Below are positions 1 through 12,075 of a stretch of DNA of 64,000 bases, piece by piece. The position numbers were made by a program, and so were the translations under genes. The stretch's first letter is position 1. Every line of letters begins with the position of its first letter. The notes below the pieces were generated by a model. The model ran no database searches and had not been told where the DNA came from. It was given only the letters and a program-made list of their open reading frames with translations. Origin of the DNA: Candidatus Hydrogenedentota bacterium (GTDB lineage: Bacteria > Hydrogenedentota > Hydrogenedentia > Hydrogenedentales > SLHB01); contig CAVUWV010000015.1 in NCBI GenBank assembly GCA_963745075.1, positions 160,001-224,000 of the forward strand. The letters run 5' to 3'.

Positions 1-4
1 GGCG

Positions 5-3000
5 TTGGTGGACGTTCAACGTTCCCTCCCCGATCTGGGCAAACAGCTCGAGGACGTCCAACAGGAAAAGACAAGCCTGGAAGAGAAGCGTTCGGTTTAC
101 GAACGCTCGCTCGATCTATTGAAATTGTTGGAAGGCAAACCCGCCGCGTCCGCCCCGGCGCCAGACACAACATCCGAAGCGAAACCACAACCGAAGCCGG
201 AAGCCACCCCAGCGATTGAGGTGGACCCCGCGGACCGCGTGGATTTCAACCGGGACATTCGCCACATCCTGGCGAACAACTGTTTCGCATGTCACGGTCC
301 CGACGACAAAGCCCGGAAAGCCGGCATGCGGTTGGACACCCCGGAAGGCGCCACGGCTGCGTTCGCGAAGGGCGGGGCACCCGTCGTGCCGGGCGACCGC
401 TCGAAGAGCGAAGTCTATAAACGAATCACCGCACCGGATAAGGCGGACCGGATGCCGCCGAAGAGTTTTGAAAAGACCCTCACCCCGGAACAGATCGAGC
501 TGATCGGCAAGTGGATCGACCAGGGCGCCAAATATGAAAAGCACTGGTCCTTCGTGCCGCCGGTCAAGCCGGATCTCCCGAAGGTCGCGAAAACGGACTG
601 GCCTAAGAATGAAATTGACTATTTCATTCTTTCCAAACTGGAAAAGGAAGGATTGGAGCCGGCCCCCGAAGCCGACCGGCACACCCTGATTCGCCGGGTC
701 ACGCTCGATCTGACAGGACTCCCCCCGACGCCTGAAGAGGTCGAGGCTTTCGTCAACGACGAAAGTCCGGATGCCTACGAAAAGGTCGTAGACCGTCTTC
801 TGGCTTCGCCCCATTACGGTGAGAACATGGCGCGCCGGTGGCTGGACCTCGCGCGCTACGCTGACACCAACGGGTATCACATTGACAACGTGCGGTACAT
901 GTGGCGGTGGCGGGACTGGGTGATCGATGCCTACAACAAAGACATGCCCTTCGACAAGTTCACTGTCGACCAATTGGCGGGCGACCTGCTCCCGAACCCG
1001 ACGCTCGATGAGCGCATCGCGACGGGGTTCAACCGCAACCACATGATCACCTTCGAGGGCGGTATCATTCCGGAAGAGTATCGGGTTCAATACGTAATCG
1101 ATCGCGTGGACACGACCGGCGAGGTCTGGATGGGATTGACGGTGGGGTGCGCCCAATGCCACGACCACAAGTTCGATCCGATTTCCAACAAAGAGTTCTA
1201 CCAGATGTTCGCCTTTTTTAACACGGTCCCCGAACAGGGATCGGATGGGAGAGAAGGGAATGCCGTCCCGCGCATCGAAGCGCCGTTGCCCGAGCAGCAA
1301 GAACAGATGGACAAACTGGATTCGGACATTGACGCGCTCTTGGCCAAAATGCGCGCGCCTGTCCCCGAGGTGGACGAGGCCCAGACCGTGTGGGAAGCGG
1401 ACGCCGTGGCGAAACTCCAATCGCGCTGGACACCATTGGAGGCCGAGACAGCTACCTCCAGCGGTGGCGCGACGCTAAAGAAACGTACCGACCGTTCTGT
1501 CCTCGTCGAGGGAGAGAATCCGGATACGGACGTGTACGAGGTCGTCGCCAACACGAACGTTACCGGAATCACGGCCATCCGTCTGGAAGCCCTTACGGAC
1601 GAATCGATGAAAGACGGCCGGATCGGCCGCTCGGATAATGGCAACTTCGTCCTGACCGAATTCGAGGCGAAAATCTCGCCGGTCGACAACCCGGAACTCG
1701 AGCAACCGGTCACGTTTACCCTGGCGGCAGCGGACTACGCGCAGAAAGATTTCGACGCCAACAAGGCCATCGATGGCAACGCGGAAACTGGATGGGCCGT
1801 AGACGGCGCCAGCAACGAAGACCGCATGATTGTGTTTGTGGCGGACCGGCCCTTTGGATTCGACGTGGGCACCCGGATTCGGATCTGTCTACATCAAGAA
1901 TCGAAATTCGCGCACCACGCCATCGGAAGTTTCCGACTTGCCGCTACGACCGACCCGTCCATGGCGCCGTCCGAACTCGGCCCCTGGTACATGAACGGCC
2001 CGTACATCGCCGACAGCGGCAAAGTTGCCTACGAGACCGCCTACGGCCCCGAGGAAGGAGTCGACCTCGCGGCGACCTATGAAGACCACCGGGCCAAATG
2101 GCTGATTCAGCCGGACCTCAAAGACGGAGTCGTGCAGAATCTCAACGGCGACGTCTGTGCCACGTATTTCTACCGCACGATCTCGGCCCCCTCCGACCGC
2201 GACGTGACGCTGACGCTGGGCAGCAACGACGCCATCAAACTCTGGGTAAACGGCGAGGTGGTGCTGGACAACGACGTGCAGCGCGGCGTCGAACCCGACC
2301 AGGACCAGGTCAAGGCGCGGCTCAAGACGGGCGAAAACCAAGTCCTCATGAAGGTCGTCAATTACGGCAATGCGTACGCCTATTACTTCCGGCGCGCAGA
2401 CGAAGCCGTCGGTGAAATCCCATTGGACGTCGAGCACGCATTGACGACTCCCCCGGACGCGCGCAGCGACGCACAGATCGCCAAATTGCGCGAGTACTAC
2501 CGCAGCCGGAACTGGCCGGACTGGAAACCGCTCAACACGCAGTTGGCGAAGCTGCGCGAAGACAAAGATGCCCTCGAGGCGGAAATCCCGACGACCATGG
2601 TGATGCAGGAAATGGAGGAACCGCGCGACACCTTCGTCCTCGCGCGCGGCCAGTACGATCAACCCAAGGAGAAGGTGACCGCGGCGGTGCCGGCCGCATT
2701 GCCTCCCCTGCCGAAAGGCGCGCCGAACAATCGCCTCGGTTTTGCGAAATGGTTGGTCGATCCCTCCCATCCGCTGACGGCCCGTGTCGCGGTAAATCGA
2801 TATTGGATGAACTTCTTCGGCACCGGCATCGTGAAAACGGCGGAGGATTTCGGGGTCCAGGGGGAATGGCCGACCCATCCGCAACTGTTGGACTGGCTCG
2901 CATCGGAGTTTATCGATTCGGGGTGGGACGTGAAAGCCATGCAGAAGACGATCGTTCTGTCGGCAACGTACCGCCAGTCCTCCAAGGCTTCCAAGGATTT

Positions 3001-3685
3001 GGTTGCCCGGGATCCGGAAAACCGCCTGTTGGCACGGGGCCCGCGGTTCCGGATGGACGCCGAGGTGGTGCGGGACAACGCGCTCGCCATCAGCGGCCTG
3101 CTGGCCGGCCACATCGGCGGCCCCAGCGTAAAACCCTACCAGCCCGAAGGACTGTGGAAAGAGGTGTCCTACGGTGGAACCGAGTTCACGGGGCAAGTAT
3201 TCGTTCAGGATACGGGCGACAAACTCTACCGTCGCAGCATGTACACCTTCTGGAAGCGTCAGTCTCCGCCGCCCGGTATGCTCGTCTTCGACGCACCGAG
3301 CCGGGAAGTCTGCACGGCGCGCCGGGCACGCACGAATACGCCGCTGCAAGCGTTGGCCCTTATGAACGATACGCAGTACGTCGAGGCCTCGCGTGTGCTT
3401 GCCCAACGCATGATGAAAGAGGCGGGACCGGAACCCATGAACCGCGTCATGTATGCCTTCGAATTGGCGACCGCCCGAAAACCGAAGCCGGATGAGTGCC
3501 AGGTTCTCATTAGGACCTACAACGAACAGGTCGAGACGTACCGCCAGGACGAGGACGCGGCGAGGGCCCTCGTCTCCGTGGGCGAGTCCCCGCGGGATGA
3601 AACGTTGGACGTACCGGAGTTGGCGGCGTATACGACCGTCGCGAGCATCATTCTGAACCTGGACGAGACCATCACGAAAAGCTGA
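5..3685 (+). CDS. Planctomycete cytochrome c / DUF1549 (PSCyt2) / DUF1553 (PSD1) domain protein, probably 5'-partial
   Basis: [22 protein letters not shown] (CxxCH), [65 protein letters not shown]; large internal insertion resembling F5/8- and PA14-type modules; followed by DUF1501 as is typical. Confidence 0.9.
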   Translation: MVDVQRSLPDLGKQLEDVQQEKTSLEEKRSVYERSLDLLKLLEGKPAASAPAPDTTSEAKPQPKPEATPAIEVDPADRVDFNRDIRHILANNCFACHGPDDKARKAGMRLDTPEGATAAFAKGGAPVVPGDRSKSEVYKRITAPDKADRMPPKSFEKTLTPEQIELIGKWIDQGAKYEKHWSFVPPVKPDLPKVAKTDWPKNEIDYFILSKLEKEGLEPAPEADRHTLIRRVTLDLTGLPPTPEEVEAFVNDESPDAYEKVVDRLLASPHYGENMARRWLDLARYADTNGYHIDNVRYMWRWRDWVIDAYNKDMPFDKFTVDQLAGDLLPNPTLDERIATGFNRNHMITFEGGIIPEEYRVQYVIDRVDTTGEVWMGLTVGCAQCHDHKFDPISNKEFYQMFAFFNTVPEQGSDGREGNAVPRIEAPLPEQQEQMDKLDSDIDALLAKMRAPVPEVDEAQTVWEADAVAKLQSRWTPLEAETATSSGGATLKKRTDRSVLVEGENPDTDVYEVVANTNVTGITAIRLEALTDESMKDGRIGRSDNGNFVLTEFEAKISPVDNPELEQPVTFTLAAADYAQKDFDANKAIDGNAETGWAVDGASNEDRMIVFVADRPFGFDVGTRIRICLHQESKFAHHAIGSFRLAATTDPSMAPSELGPWYMNGPYIADSGKVAYETAYGPEEGVDLAATYEDHRAKWLIQPDLKDGVVQNLNGDVCATYFYRTISAPSDRDVTLTLGSNDAIKLWVNGEVVLDNDVQRGVEPDQDQVKARLKTGENQVLMKVVNYGNAYAYYFRRADEAVGEIPLDVEHALTTPPDARSDAQIAKLREYYRSRNWPDWKPLNTQLAKLREDKDALEAEIPTTMVMQEMEEPRDTFVLARGQYDQPKEKVTAAVPAALPPLPKGAPNNRLGFAKWLVDPSHPLTARVAVNRYWMNFFGTGIVKTAEDFGVQGEWPTHPQLLDWLASEFIDSGWDVKAMQKTIVLSATYRQSSKASKDLVARDPENRLLARGPRFRMDAEVVRDNALAISGLLAGHIGGPSVKPYQPEGLWKEVSYGGTEFTGQVFVQDTGDKLYRRSMYTFWKRQSPPPGMLVFDAPSREVCTARRARTNTPLQALALMNDTQYVEASRVLAQRMMKEAGPEPMNRVMYAFELATARKPKPDECQVLIRTYNEQVETYRQDEDAARALVSVGESPRDETLDVPELAAYTTVASIILNLDETITKS

Positions 3686-3707
3686 GCCCGGCGAAGGGAG
3701 CTGCGCA

Positions 3708-5150
3708 ATGCACCCGGCACGCGAAAACCGTCTTATGCTCACGCGGCGCCAATTCTTCGGCCGGAGCAGCACGGGGATCGGGGTTGCGGCGCTGGCACAT
3801 CTCCTGGGTTCGAGTGCCCAGGCATCGGACGCCCACGGCTTGCCCCTCCCCCACTTTGCCCCACAGGCCAAACGCATCATCTACCTGTTCATGTCCGGCG
3901 GGCCATCGCAAGTGGATTTGCTGGACTACAAGCCTGGTCTCCAGGCCCTGTATGCCTCCGAGTTGCCGGACTCGATCCGCGGTAACCAACGCCTCACGAC
4001 CATGACGTCCGGGCAGAAGACCTTCCCCGTCGTGTCGTCCACGTTCAAGTTCATGCGGCACGGTCAATGCGGCGCCTGGTTCAGCGAACTCCTCCCTCAC
4101 CTCGGCAGCGTGGCAGACGACCTTTGCATCATCAAGTCGCTCAATACGGAAGCCATCAACCACGATCCCGCGACGACCTACATCACCACCGGCGCGCAAC
4201 GGGCGGGCCGGCCGAGCATGGGATCGTGGTTGAGCTATGGACTCGGAAGCGAGAATCACGATCTGCCGGCGTTCTGCGTGCTGATTTCCAAGGGCAGTCC
4301 CTTCGTCAACATGCAACCGCTCTACCCGCGCATCTGGGGCTCAGGGTTCCTGCCGTCGGAACACCAGGGGATTAACCTGCGGTCATCGGGCGATCCGGTG
4401 CTGTTTCTCAAGAACCCGCCGGGAATCTCGCCGGAAACGCGGCGGCGGATGCTGGACGGCCTGGAATCGCTGAACCGCAAGCTTTACGACAATTTTGCGG
4501 ATCCCGAAATCGTCACGCGAATTTCCCAATACGAAATGGCGTACAAGATGCAGATGTCGGTTCCGGACTTGGTGGATTTCTCGACGGAGCCGGATTCCGT
4601 GCTGGACCTGTACGGCGACGACGTGAAGAAACCCGGGTCGTTCGCCGCAAATTGCCTGCTCGCGCGCCGGTTAGCGGAGCGCGACGTGCGCTTCGTGCAA
4701 CTCTACCACCGCGGCTGGGACCAACACGCCAACTTACCCCGGGATATCCGCTCCCAGAGCAAGGACGTTGATCAACCATGTGCAGGTTTGATCGCCGATC
4801 TCAAACAACGGGGCCTGCTGGAAGACACGCTCGTGATTTGGGCCGGTGAGTTTGGGCGCACGGTCTACAGTCAGGGCAAGCTCGAACGCGACAATTATGG
4901 CCGCGACCACCACGGCCGGTGCTTCTCGGTATGGATGGCCGGCGGCGGCGTCAAAGCGGGGTTGAGCTACGGGGCCACCGACGAGTTCAGCTACAACGTC
5001 GTCGAGAACCCAGTGCACATTCACGATTTCAATGCTACGATCCTCCACATCATGGGTATCAACCACGAACGTCTCACCTACCGCTACGAAGGTCGCGACT
5101 TCCGTCTTACGGACGTGTACGGCAACGTAGTCCACGATATCCTGGTATAA
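3708..5150 (+). CDS. DUF1501 domain protein (sulfatase-like), twin-arginine-like N-terminus
   Basis: [75 protein letters not shown]. Confidence 0.92.
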   Translation: MHPARENRLMLTRRQFFGRSSTGIGVAALAHLLGSSAQASDAHGLPLPHFAPQAKRIIYLFMSGGPSQVDLLDYKPGLQALYASELPDSIRGNQRLTTMTSGQKTFPVVSSTFKFMRHGQCGAWFSELLPHLGSVADDLCIIKSLNTEAINHDPATTYITTGAQRAGRPSMGSWLSYGLGSENHDLPAFCVLISKGSPFVNMQPLYPRIWGSGFLPSEHQGINLRSSGDPVLFLKNPPGISPETRRRMLDGLESLNRKLYDNFADPEIVTRISQYEMAYKMQMSVPDLVDFSTEPDSVLDLYGDDVKKPGSFAANCLLARRLAERDVRFVQLYHRGWDQHANLPRDIRSQSKDVDQPCAGLIADLKQRGLLEDTLVIWAGEFGRTVYSQGKLERDNYGRDHHGRCFSVWMAGGGVKAGLSYGATDEFSYNVVENPVHIHDFNATILHIMGINHERLTYRYEGRDFRLTDVYGNVVHDILV

Positions 5151-5201
5151 TTCCTGTACGACGGGCCGTTCAATACGGCTCGCGAAAACGCATGGCGCAT
5201 C

Positions 5202-5748
5202 ATGAATTCAGAAACCCCAAATAGCGCGCCCCTGGTATTTACTATCGGGCATTCCAACCATCGAATCGAACATTTCCTCGATCTGCTCGCGCTCCATTCC
5301 ATCGACACCGTGGCCGACGTGCGTTCTCAGCCCTACTCGCGTCACAATCCGCAATTTTGCCGGGACGCGCTCCGGGACGCACTCGGGGAGCGGAACATCC
5401 GATACAGTTTTCTCGGCAAAGAGTTGGGCGGAAAAACGAACGATCCGGCATTGACTGGTCCGGATGGGAATCCCAGTTGGCCACGAATGGCCGAAGCGGA
5501 AGACTTTCGCCAGGGGCTAGACAAGTTGTACGAACTGATTCAATTGAGCCGAGTGGCGATCCTCTGCGCGGAAGAAGATCCATCGCGTTGCCACCGGCAT
5601 CATCTGATCGCCCCGGCGCTGCACGTGGACGGCATCCAGGTGCTTCACATCCGCCGCGATGGCAGCCTGAACGTCCGAAACCGAGCTTCGCGAAAATGAA
5701 GCGGCGGGTGCGAAAGGCCAATTGCTGCTCTTCTCGGAACGCTCCTGA
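5202..5748 (+). CDS. DUF488 domain protein; probable +1 frameshift near 5670 (given ORF stops at 5699)
   Basis: VFTIGHSNH, DVRSQPYSRHNPQF, LCAEEDPSRCHR; removing one A at ~5670 gives the tail TSETELRENEAAGAKGQLLLFSERS* ending 5748. Confidence 0.8.
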
Positions 5749-6206
5749 TGCGTCATGGAGCGGTCGCCTTGGCGCCCGCAGATCCGCGCGCCCCCCAGGT
5801 CCGTTACCATTGCGCCCCAGGGTATATTAGGCTATTATCACGGAAGCAAGAGCTTCGCGAAGCCCAAAGGCCAATTGGATTCGCGAACGAGATCGAAAAC
5901 AGGGGCCCCGCGCAACGATGGCGCCGGCACATCGAAGGCCCCGGCGCAACGCCCGAGGCGATGCCAGGTTTCCCGTCCACCTGAATGCAGACGGCTGTGC
6001 CAGTTCGCTCTTGCTGACGGTCTCGAAAATGGGCATAATAAAAGCAGGGTGACGCATGGACATGTCGCAACCCCCGTCTCACGGTCCCCCCGCGATTCGG
6101 TCCGCCAGGACCTTCGTAGTCCGTTTTGAACGTTGACGGGATGCAGACACGTCAGCCCCGAGAATCGCCGAATCGCGAAGGCATGAGAAGAGGGGACCGA
6201 AGCCGG

Positions 6207-9200
6207 ATGGACATCCGCCCAAGATTGCGCCGTGTACTGAGATATGCGCCAGCCGCATGGATTCTCACAATATCGATGGTATTCGGCACAATTGTGAATG
6301 CTCAAGATTCCGCACCGGCTTCGACGGATGCCAAAGCGCCGATTACCTCGGGTTGCGAAAGCGACTTTCCGCCGTTCTGCATCGTCGACCCCGATGGAGA
6401 AGCCAACGGGTTTTCGGTCGAACTGTTGCGTGCAGCCTTGACGGCCATGGGACGCAACGTCACCTTTCGAACGGGCTCTTGGCCCGATGTTCGCGGCTGG
6501 CTGGAGCGGGGCGAAATTCAAGCCCTGCCGCTGGTAGGGCGCACCCCGGAACGGGAGTCACTCTTCGATTTCACGTTTCCGTACATCACGATGCAAGGCG
6601 CCATCGTCGTTCGCAACGACACGAATGACATTCGCAAAATGGCCGACCTTCGCGGCCGCAACGTTGCCGTAATGAAAGGCGACAACGCGGAGGAGTTTCT
6701 GCGGCGCGAAGACCGCGGCATTCAAATCGTGACCACGGCTTCATTTGAGAATGCCCTTTTGGCGCTGTCAGAAGGCCGTTGTGACGCGGTCGTAATGCAG
6801 CGACTGGTAGCTTTGCGGTTGATTCAGGAAACTGGCCTCGCAAACCTCCAGGTCATCAACAAACCACTCGATGAATTCAGTCAGGAATTCTGCTTTGCCG
6901 TTCATGAAGGCGACCGCGAAACGCTTGCATTGTTGAACGAAGGTCTCGCACTCGTCATGGCGGACGGGACCTATCGCTATCTCCACGCAAAATGGTTTGC
7001 CGCGCTGGAACTTCCCATGCATCGGCACATCGTTGTCGGGGGAGATTACAACTATCCGCCCTATGAGTACCTGGATGAAAACGGGCAGCCGGCCGGATAC
7101 GATGTCGATCTCACGCGTGCCATCGCCCGGGAACTCGGTCTCGACATCGAGATTCGCCTGCGTCCCTGGGCGGAAATACTGGACGGGCTGGCCCAAGGTG
7201 AAATCGATGCGGTACAAGGCATGTTCTACTCCCCGGAACGCGACCAGCTTTTCGACTTCACGCCACCGCACGCCGTGAATCATTGCGTCAGTGTCGTGCG
7301 AACAGGCGAGGGGGCGCCGCCGACGATGGTCGCTGAACTTGCCGGGAAAGATATCGTTGTCCAGCGGGGCGACATCATGCACGATTTCGCCGTGGACAAT
7401 GGCCTCACCGATCGACTTACCACCGTGGACTCCCAGGAAGACGCCCTACGGGAACTGGCTTCGGGTAAGCACGATTGTGCCCTTGTTGCGCGAATGTCGG
7501 CTCTCTATTGGGCCAAGAAGAATGGCTGGAACAACCTGCGTGTAGGATATCGCCCGCTGATATCACCCGGGTACTGTTACGCTGTGCCCAACGGCCACGA
7601 TGCGCTATTGGCGGAGTTCACGGAAGGATTGAACGTACTGAAAGATTCGGGCGAATACCAGCGAATCTATGACAAATGGCTGGGCGTTTATCGAGAAGAA
7701 CCAGTGACGCTACTGACGGCCCTCCGCTACTCGGCCATGGTCCTCGCTCCTCTGCTTCTCATCCTCCTGCTGGTCTTCGGATGGTCGTGGTCGCTGCGCA
7801 AGCAGGTGGCTCACCGCACCGCCGACCTGCAAAAGAGCGAAGAACTGCAACGCGCCATCGTTGAATGCTCTCCCGTGGCGTTATTCAGCATCGATCTGCA
7901 CGGTACCGTGCTGATGTGGAACGCGTCGGCACAACGGATGTTGGGTTGGGCGGCGGACGAAGTTATTGGGAAACCCCTACCGACCATTCCAGAAGGTAAG
8001 GAAGAAGAATTTGCGTTTCATCGCAGCCAAGTAGCAAACGGGCAGAGTTTTATTAACAAGGAGATCGTCCGTCGTAAGAGGGACGGATCGTTGTTTGATG
8101 GAAGCCTCTCATCGGCTCCAATTCGAGACTCGAACGGGACCATCATCGGGATTCTGACGGTTATGGAGGACATCACGGAGCGCAAGCAAGCCGTCACCGC
8201 GCTGGCCGACCGCGAGCGCCAACTTGCTACTCTCATGGGCAACCTGCCCGGTATGGCCTATCGCTGCCGCAACGATGCGGACTGGACCGTGCTCTTCGTC
8301 TCGGACGGGGCCTACGAACTAACGGGATATCGCCCTGAGGAATTGCAGGACAATGCCCGCGTGGCCTACGGGAATTTGGTACACCCCGAAGACCGTGACC
8401 GCGTCTGGAAAGAGGTGCAGTCTGCCATCGCAGAATCCCGTCCCTTTATTCTGGAATATCGAATCACCGATGCGAACGGCGACGTTCGATGGGTTTGGGA
8501 GCGGGGACTTGCCGTTACCCCGGCCGGGGACGATCGAATCCTGGAAGGCTTCATATCAGATATCACCTATCGCAAACACGCCGAGGACCGAGTCGACCAC
8601 TTGAACCGGGTCTTACGGGCTGTGCGGGACGTGAACCAGCTCATTGTCCGCGAACGGGATCGAGACGCGCTTATCCAACAGGCCTGCCGGTTGCTTGTCG
8701 ATCACCGTAGCTACAACGCCGCTTTGATCGTCCTCACGGATAACGACGGTCGGCCGCATGCGTGGTCGGAGGCGGGAATGGGCAACGGGTTCCCCGCTCT
8801 CGCCGAAATGCTCGAACGCGGCGAACTCCCGGCTTGCTGCGCCTCCGCGCGGGACACGGATGCGCCATGCCTTATCGCGGACCGGGACGCCATCTGTGGC
8901 GATTGCCCGGAGCGAGGCGATGATTGCGAATCCGACACGTTGTGCGTTCGCCTGGCTTATTCCGACACGGTTTACGGCCATCTCGCCGCCACGCTGCCTC
9001 ACGATATCGGCCAGGACGCGGAGGAGCGGGAATTGTTCGCCGATTTGGCGGGAGATTTGGCCTATGCGCTGAACGTGATGGCGGATCGTGCCGCCCGCGC
9101 CCGAGCCGAGCAGGATCGAGAAGACATCCAAAAGCAACTGTTTCAGGCGCAGAAAATGGAGGCGGTCGGGCAGCTCGCCGGGGGTGTGGCGCACGATTTC

Positions 9201-10274
9201 AACAACATCCTGCAAGCCATGATGGGATATACTCAAATGCTCGTGGATACGGCGATTGCAAACGGCGATCCGTGTGAAGAACTCGAAGAAATTAACAAGG
9301 GAATCGATCGGGCGGCGACGTTGACACGCCAATTGCTGGCGTTTAGCCGCCGTCAAATCATGCAACCCCTGCCGATGGACCTCAACGCGGTCATCGAGGA
9401 CATGCTGCGTATGCTCCGGCGGGTCATCGGGGAACACATCCGGTTGGCGTGGCTTCCCGGGAACCATGTCGGACAGGTCTATGCGGACGTCGGCATGATG
9501 GAGCAGATACTGATGAATCTGTGCCTGAACGGCCGGGACGCCATGCCAGATGGTGGCGATCTGACCATCGAGACCCAAAACGTCTTGATCGATTCCGAAT
9601 ACTGCGCCAACCATGCCTGGGCCAAACCGGGACGCTTCGTCCTGCTCACCGTCACCGATACGGGCTGCGGCATGAATCCGGAAACGCTCGATCGCGCATT
9701 CGAACCATTCTTTACTACAAAGGGCGAAGGCAAAGGAACGGGTCTGGGATTGGCGACGGTTTACGGAATCATCCAACAGCACGAGGGCATGATTTCCGCG
9801 TACAGCGAGGAAGGTACGGGATCCACTTTCAAGGTCTATCTGCCCCTGTGCGAACGCAAAGCCGAGACTGTAGGCTCGTTAATCGAAGGCCCGGTGACCG
9901 GCGGCACTGAGACGATTCTGATTGCGGAAGATGATGAGATGGTGCGCGGGTTAGCCGTAAAGGTCCTGGAACGGGCCGGCTACACGGTGTTGACGGCGCG
10001 AAACGGCGAAGAGGCCGTCGAACGGTTCAAGCAGCACAAAGACGATGTTGCCCTATTGGTCTTAGATGTGATGATGCCCAAGACTAGCGGTCACGACGCG
10101 CTCCTGCGAATTCACGCCATTCGCCCCGGTGTTCCCGCGCTGTTTTCGAGCGGCTATAGCGAAATGGCCGTCCATACGAATTTCGTCCTTCACGAGGGCT
10201 TGAAGCTTCTCCCGAAGCCCTACGCTCCAGCCGCGCTCCTCCGAGCGGTGCGAAACGCTCTCGACCAAGCCTAG
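6207..10274 (+). CDS. Hybrid sensor histidine kinase: two family-3 solute-binding domains, TM, PAS, PAS, GAF, HisKA, HATPase, REC
   Basis: DFPPFC and DYNYPPYEY PBP motifs; QKMEAVGQLAGGVAHDFNNIL; NLCLNGRDAM, DTGCGM, FEPFFTTK, GTGLGL; receiver ILIAEDD..LDVMMP..KPY; start chosen at ATG 6207 behind GAGGGG (ORF track starts 6126). Confidence 0.93.
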   Translation: MDIRPRLRRVLRYAPAAWILTISMVFGTIVNAQDSAPASTDAKAPITSGCESDFPPFCIVDPDGEANGFSVELLRAALTAMGRNVTFRTGSWPDVRGWLERGEIQALPLVGRTPERESLFDFTFPYITMQGAIVVRNDTNDIRKMADLRGRNVAVMKGDNAEEFLRREDRGIQIVTTASFENALLALSEGRCDAVVMQRLVALRLIQETGLANLQVINKPLDEFSQEFCFAVHEGDRETLALLNEGLALVMADGTYRYLHAKWFAALELPMHRHIVVGGDYNYPPYEYLDENGQPAGYDVDLTRAIARELGLDIEIRLRPWAEILDGLAQGEIDAVQGMFYSPERDQLFDFTPPHAVNHCVSVVRTGEGAPPTMVAELAGKDIVVQRGDIMHDFAVDNGLTDRLTTVDSQEDALRELASGKHDCALVARMSALYWAKKNGWNNLRVGYRPLISPGYCYAVPNGHDALLAEFTEGLNVLKDSGEYQRIYDKWLGVYREEPVTLLTALRYSAMVLAPLLLILLLVFGWSWSLRKQVAHRTADLQKSEELQRAIVECSPVALFSIDLHGTVLMWNASAQRMLGWAADEVIGKPLPTIPEGKEEEFAFHRSQVANGQSFINKEIVRRKRDGSLFDGSLSSAPIRDSNGTIIGILTVMEDITERKQAVTALADRERQLATLMGNLPGMAYRCRNDADWTVLFVSDGAYELTGYRPEELQDNARVAYGNLVHPEDRDRVWKEVQSAIAESRPFILEYRITDANGDVRWVWERGLAVTPAGDDRILEGFISDITYRKHAEDRVDHLNRVLRAVRDVNQLIVRERDRDALIQQACRLLVDHRSYNAALIVLTDNDGRPHAWSEAGMGNGFPALAEMLERGELPACCASARDTDAPCLIADRDAICGDCPERGDDCESDTLCVRLAYSDTVYGHLAATLPHDIGQDAEERELFADLAGDLAYALNVMADRAARARAEQDREDIQKQLFQAQKMEAVGQLAGGVAHDFNNILQAMMGYTQMLVDTAIANGDPCEELEEINKGIDRAATLTRQLLAFSRRQIMQPLPMDLNAVIEDMLRMLRRVIGEHIRLAWLPGNHVGQVYADVGMMEQILMNLCLNGRDAMPDGGDLTIETQNVLIDSEYCANHAWAKPGRFVLLTVTDTGCGMNPETLDRAFEPFFTTKGEGKGTGLGLATVYGIIQQHEGMISAYSEEGTGSTFKVYLPLCERKAETVGSLIEGPVTGGTETILIAEDDEMVRGLAVKVLERAGYTVLTARNGEEAVERFKQHKDDVALLVLDVMMPKTSGHDALLRIHAIRPGVPALFSSGYSEMAVHTNFVLHEGLKLLPKPYAPAALLRAVRNALDQA

Positions 10275-10568
10275 CCCGGAATTCTCACACGCACGACACA
10301 CCTACCGTGTAACCACTGTGAGCACCATACCGTCTAACCACGACCAAGTTACCGGTCCGCAACAATTCAGCCTTCGGGCGGTGAGAAATGCGGACTAGTT
10401 CTTCCGAACTAAGTCGCGTCACCAAAACACGTTGCACACAAAATCCTCGATTCGCGGGCCGCGCCGGACCGGTCCATTTCTTTACATTTGCGAACGATTC
10501 TTATATGCTGCAATGGCTGCTTGTTGGAACTACTGGTGACCAAAATTGCGATGTGAGAGGTAGTCCGT

Positions 10569-12025
10569 ATGGATCCCATCCGCGATAATGAACTCCTGTT
10601 GACACGCCGCCACTTTTTTGGACGTTGCAGCGCCGGTATTGGCGTGGCAGCGCTGAGTTCCCTGCTGAACCCTCAGGCATTTGCGGCGCTGACGGACTCG
10701 TCCCATGGCGGCCTGGGGCAACCTCATTTCGCGCCGAAAGCCAAACGTATCATCTACTTATTCCAGTCCGGCGGCCCGTCGCAGCTCGACCTGTTCGACT
10801 ACAAGCCCGCACTTCAGGGTCAACACGGGAATGAACTCCCCGATTCGGTCCGGATGGGCCAGCGTCTTACTGGGATGACCTCGGGGCAAAGCAGCTTTCC
10901 CATGGTGTCCTCCATGTTCAACGTTCAACCAGCGCGGCCAGTCGGGCGCTTGGGTGAGCGATCGCATGCCGCACACTGGCGTCAATCGCCGACGACTTGT
11001 GCTTCGTGAAAACCGTGAATACGGAAGCGATCAATCACGACCCCGCCATTACGTTCATTCAGACCGGAAGTCAGCAGCCGGGCCGCCCGAGCGTAGGCGC
11101 GTGGATGAGCTATGGACTCGGCAGCGAGAACCAGGACCTGCCGGCATTCATCGTGATGCTTTCTCGCACGAGCATGAAACGTCCGGCGCAGGCCCTGTTC
11201 GATCGGCTCTGGGGCTCAGGCTTCCTGCCGTCGGAGTACCAGGGCGTGAAGTTCCGGTCGGGCGGCGACCCGGTGTTGTACTTGTCGAACCCGCCGGGCA
11301 TCGACGACGAGACGCGGCGCCGTATGCTGGACGGCCTGGCCAGGCTGAACGCGATGCAGTTCAAGGACTATTCCGATCCCGAAATCAACACGCGCGTATC
11401 CCAGTACGAGATGGCGTACCGCATGCAGGCCTCGGTGCCCGAATTGGCGGACACGTCGAACGAACCGGATTACATCTTCGACCTCTATGGCGACAAGGCC
11501 CGTCAACCGGGGACGTACGCGTCGAACTGCCTGCTCGCACGGCGCTTGGCCGAACGCGGCGTGCGATTCATTCAGCTCTACCACCGCGGCTGGGACCAGC
11601 ACAACAACCTGCCCAACGACCTCACCGAACAGTGCAACGACACGGACCAGGCTACGGCGGGCCTCATCACGGACCTCAAGCAGCGCGGGATGCTGGACGA
11701 TACGCTGGTCATCTGGGGCGGCGAATTCGGGCGGACGGTGTATTGCCAGGGCAAACTCACTGCGGAGAACTACGGCCGCGACCACCATGGCCGCTGCTTC
11801 ACGGTGTGGATGGCCGGCGGCGGGGTCAAGTCCGGCTGCACCTACGGCAAGACCGACGAGTTCGGCTACAACATCGTCGAGAACCCGGTCCACATCCACG
11901 ACCTGAACGCGACCATCCTGCACCTTATGGGGATCGACCACGAACGGCTGACTTACCCCTTCCAAGGCCGCGATTTCCGGTTGACAGACGTGCACGGAAA
12001 CGTGGTGCGCGATATCATCGCGTGA
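10569..12025 (+). pseudogene. Second DUF1501 paralogue with two +1 frameshifts (~10922, ~10978); pseudogene or sequencing error
   Basis: ORFs 10569..11009 and 10997..12025 match consecutive parts of 3708..5150; removing one base at each site restores [31 protein letters not shown]. Confidence 0.85.
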
Positions 12026-12075
12026 GGTGCGAGCGACTAGTGCCGGCAAGTGTGGTTGTTGATGTTCTGCACGTG

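Noticed and set aside
1889..3880. Long antisense ORFs (e.g. 1889..3880, 116..1420, 37042..38520, 40132..41394)
   Set aside because: Shadow frames of well-supported high-GC genes with no recognisable motifs
5683..5890. Short repeated words GAGCTTCGCGAA and AAAGGCCAATTG at ~5683/5713 and ~5850/5866
   Set aside because: Two 12-mers with different spacing and no further copies; too little to call a feature
10275..10568. Riboswitch or sRNA upstream of the second DUF1501 (also 24116-24513)
   Set aside because: Only weak stems and no recognisable aptamer consensus
10915..10985. Programmed ribosomal frameshift in DUF1501
   Set aside because: No slippery heptamer, two separate shifts would be needed, and the paralogue is continuous
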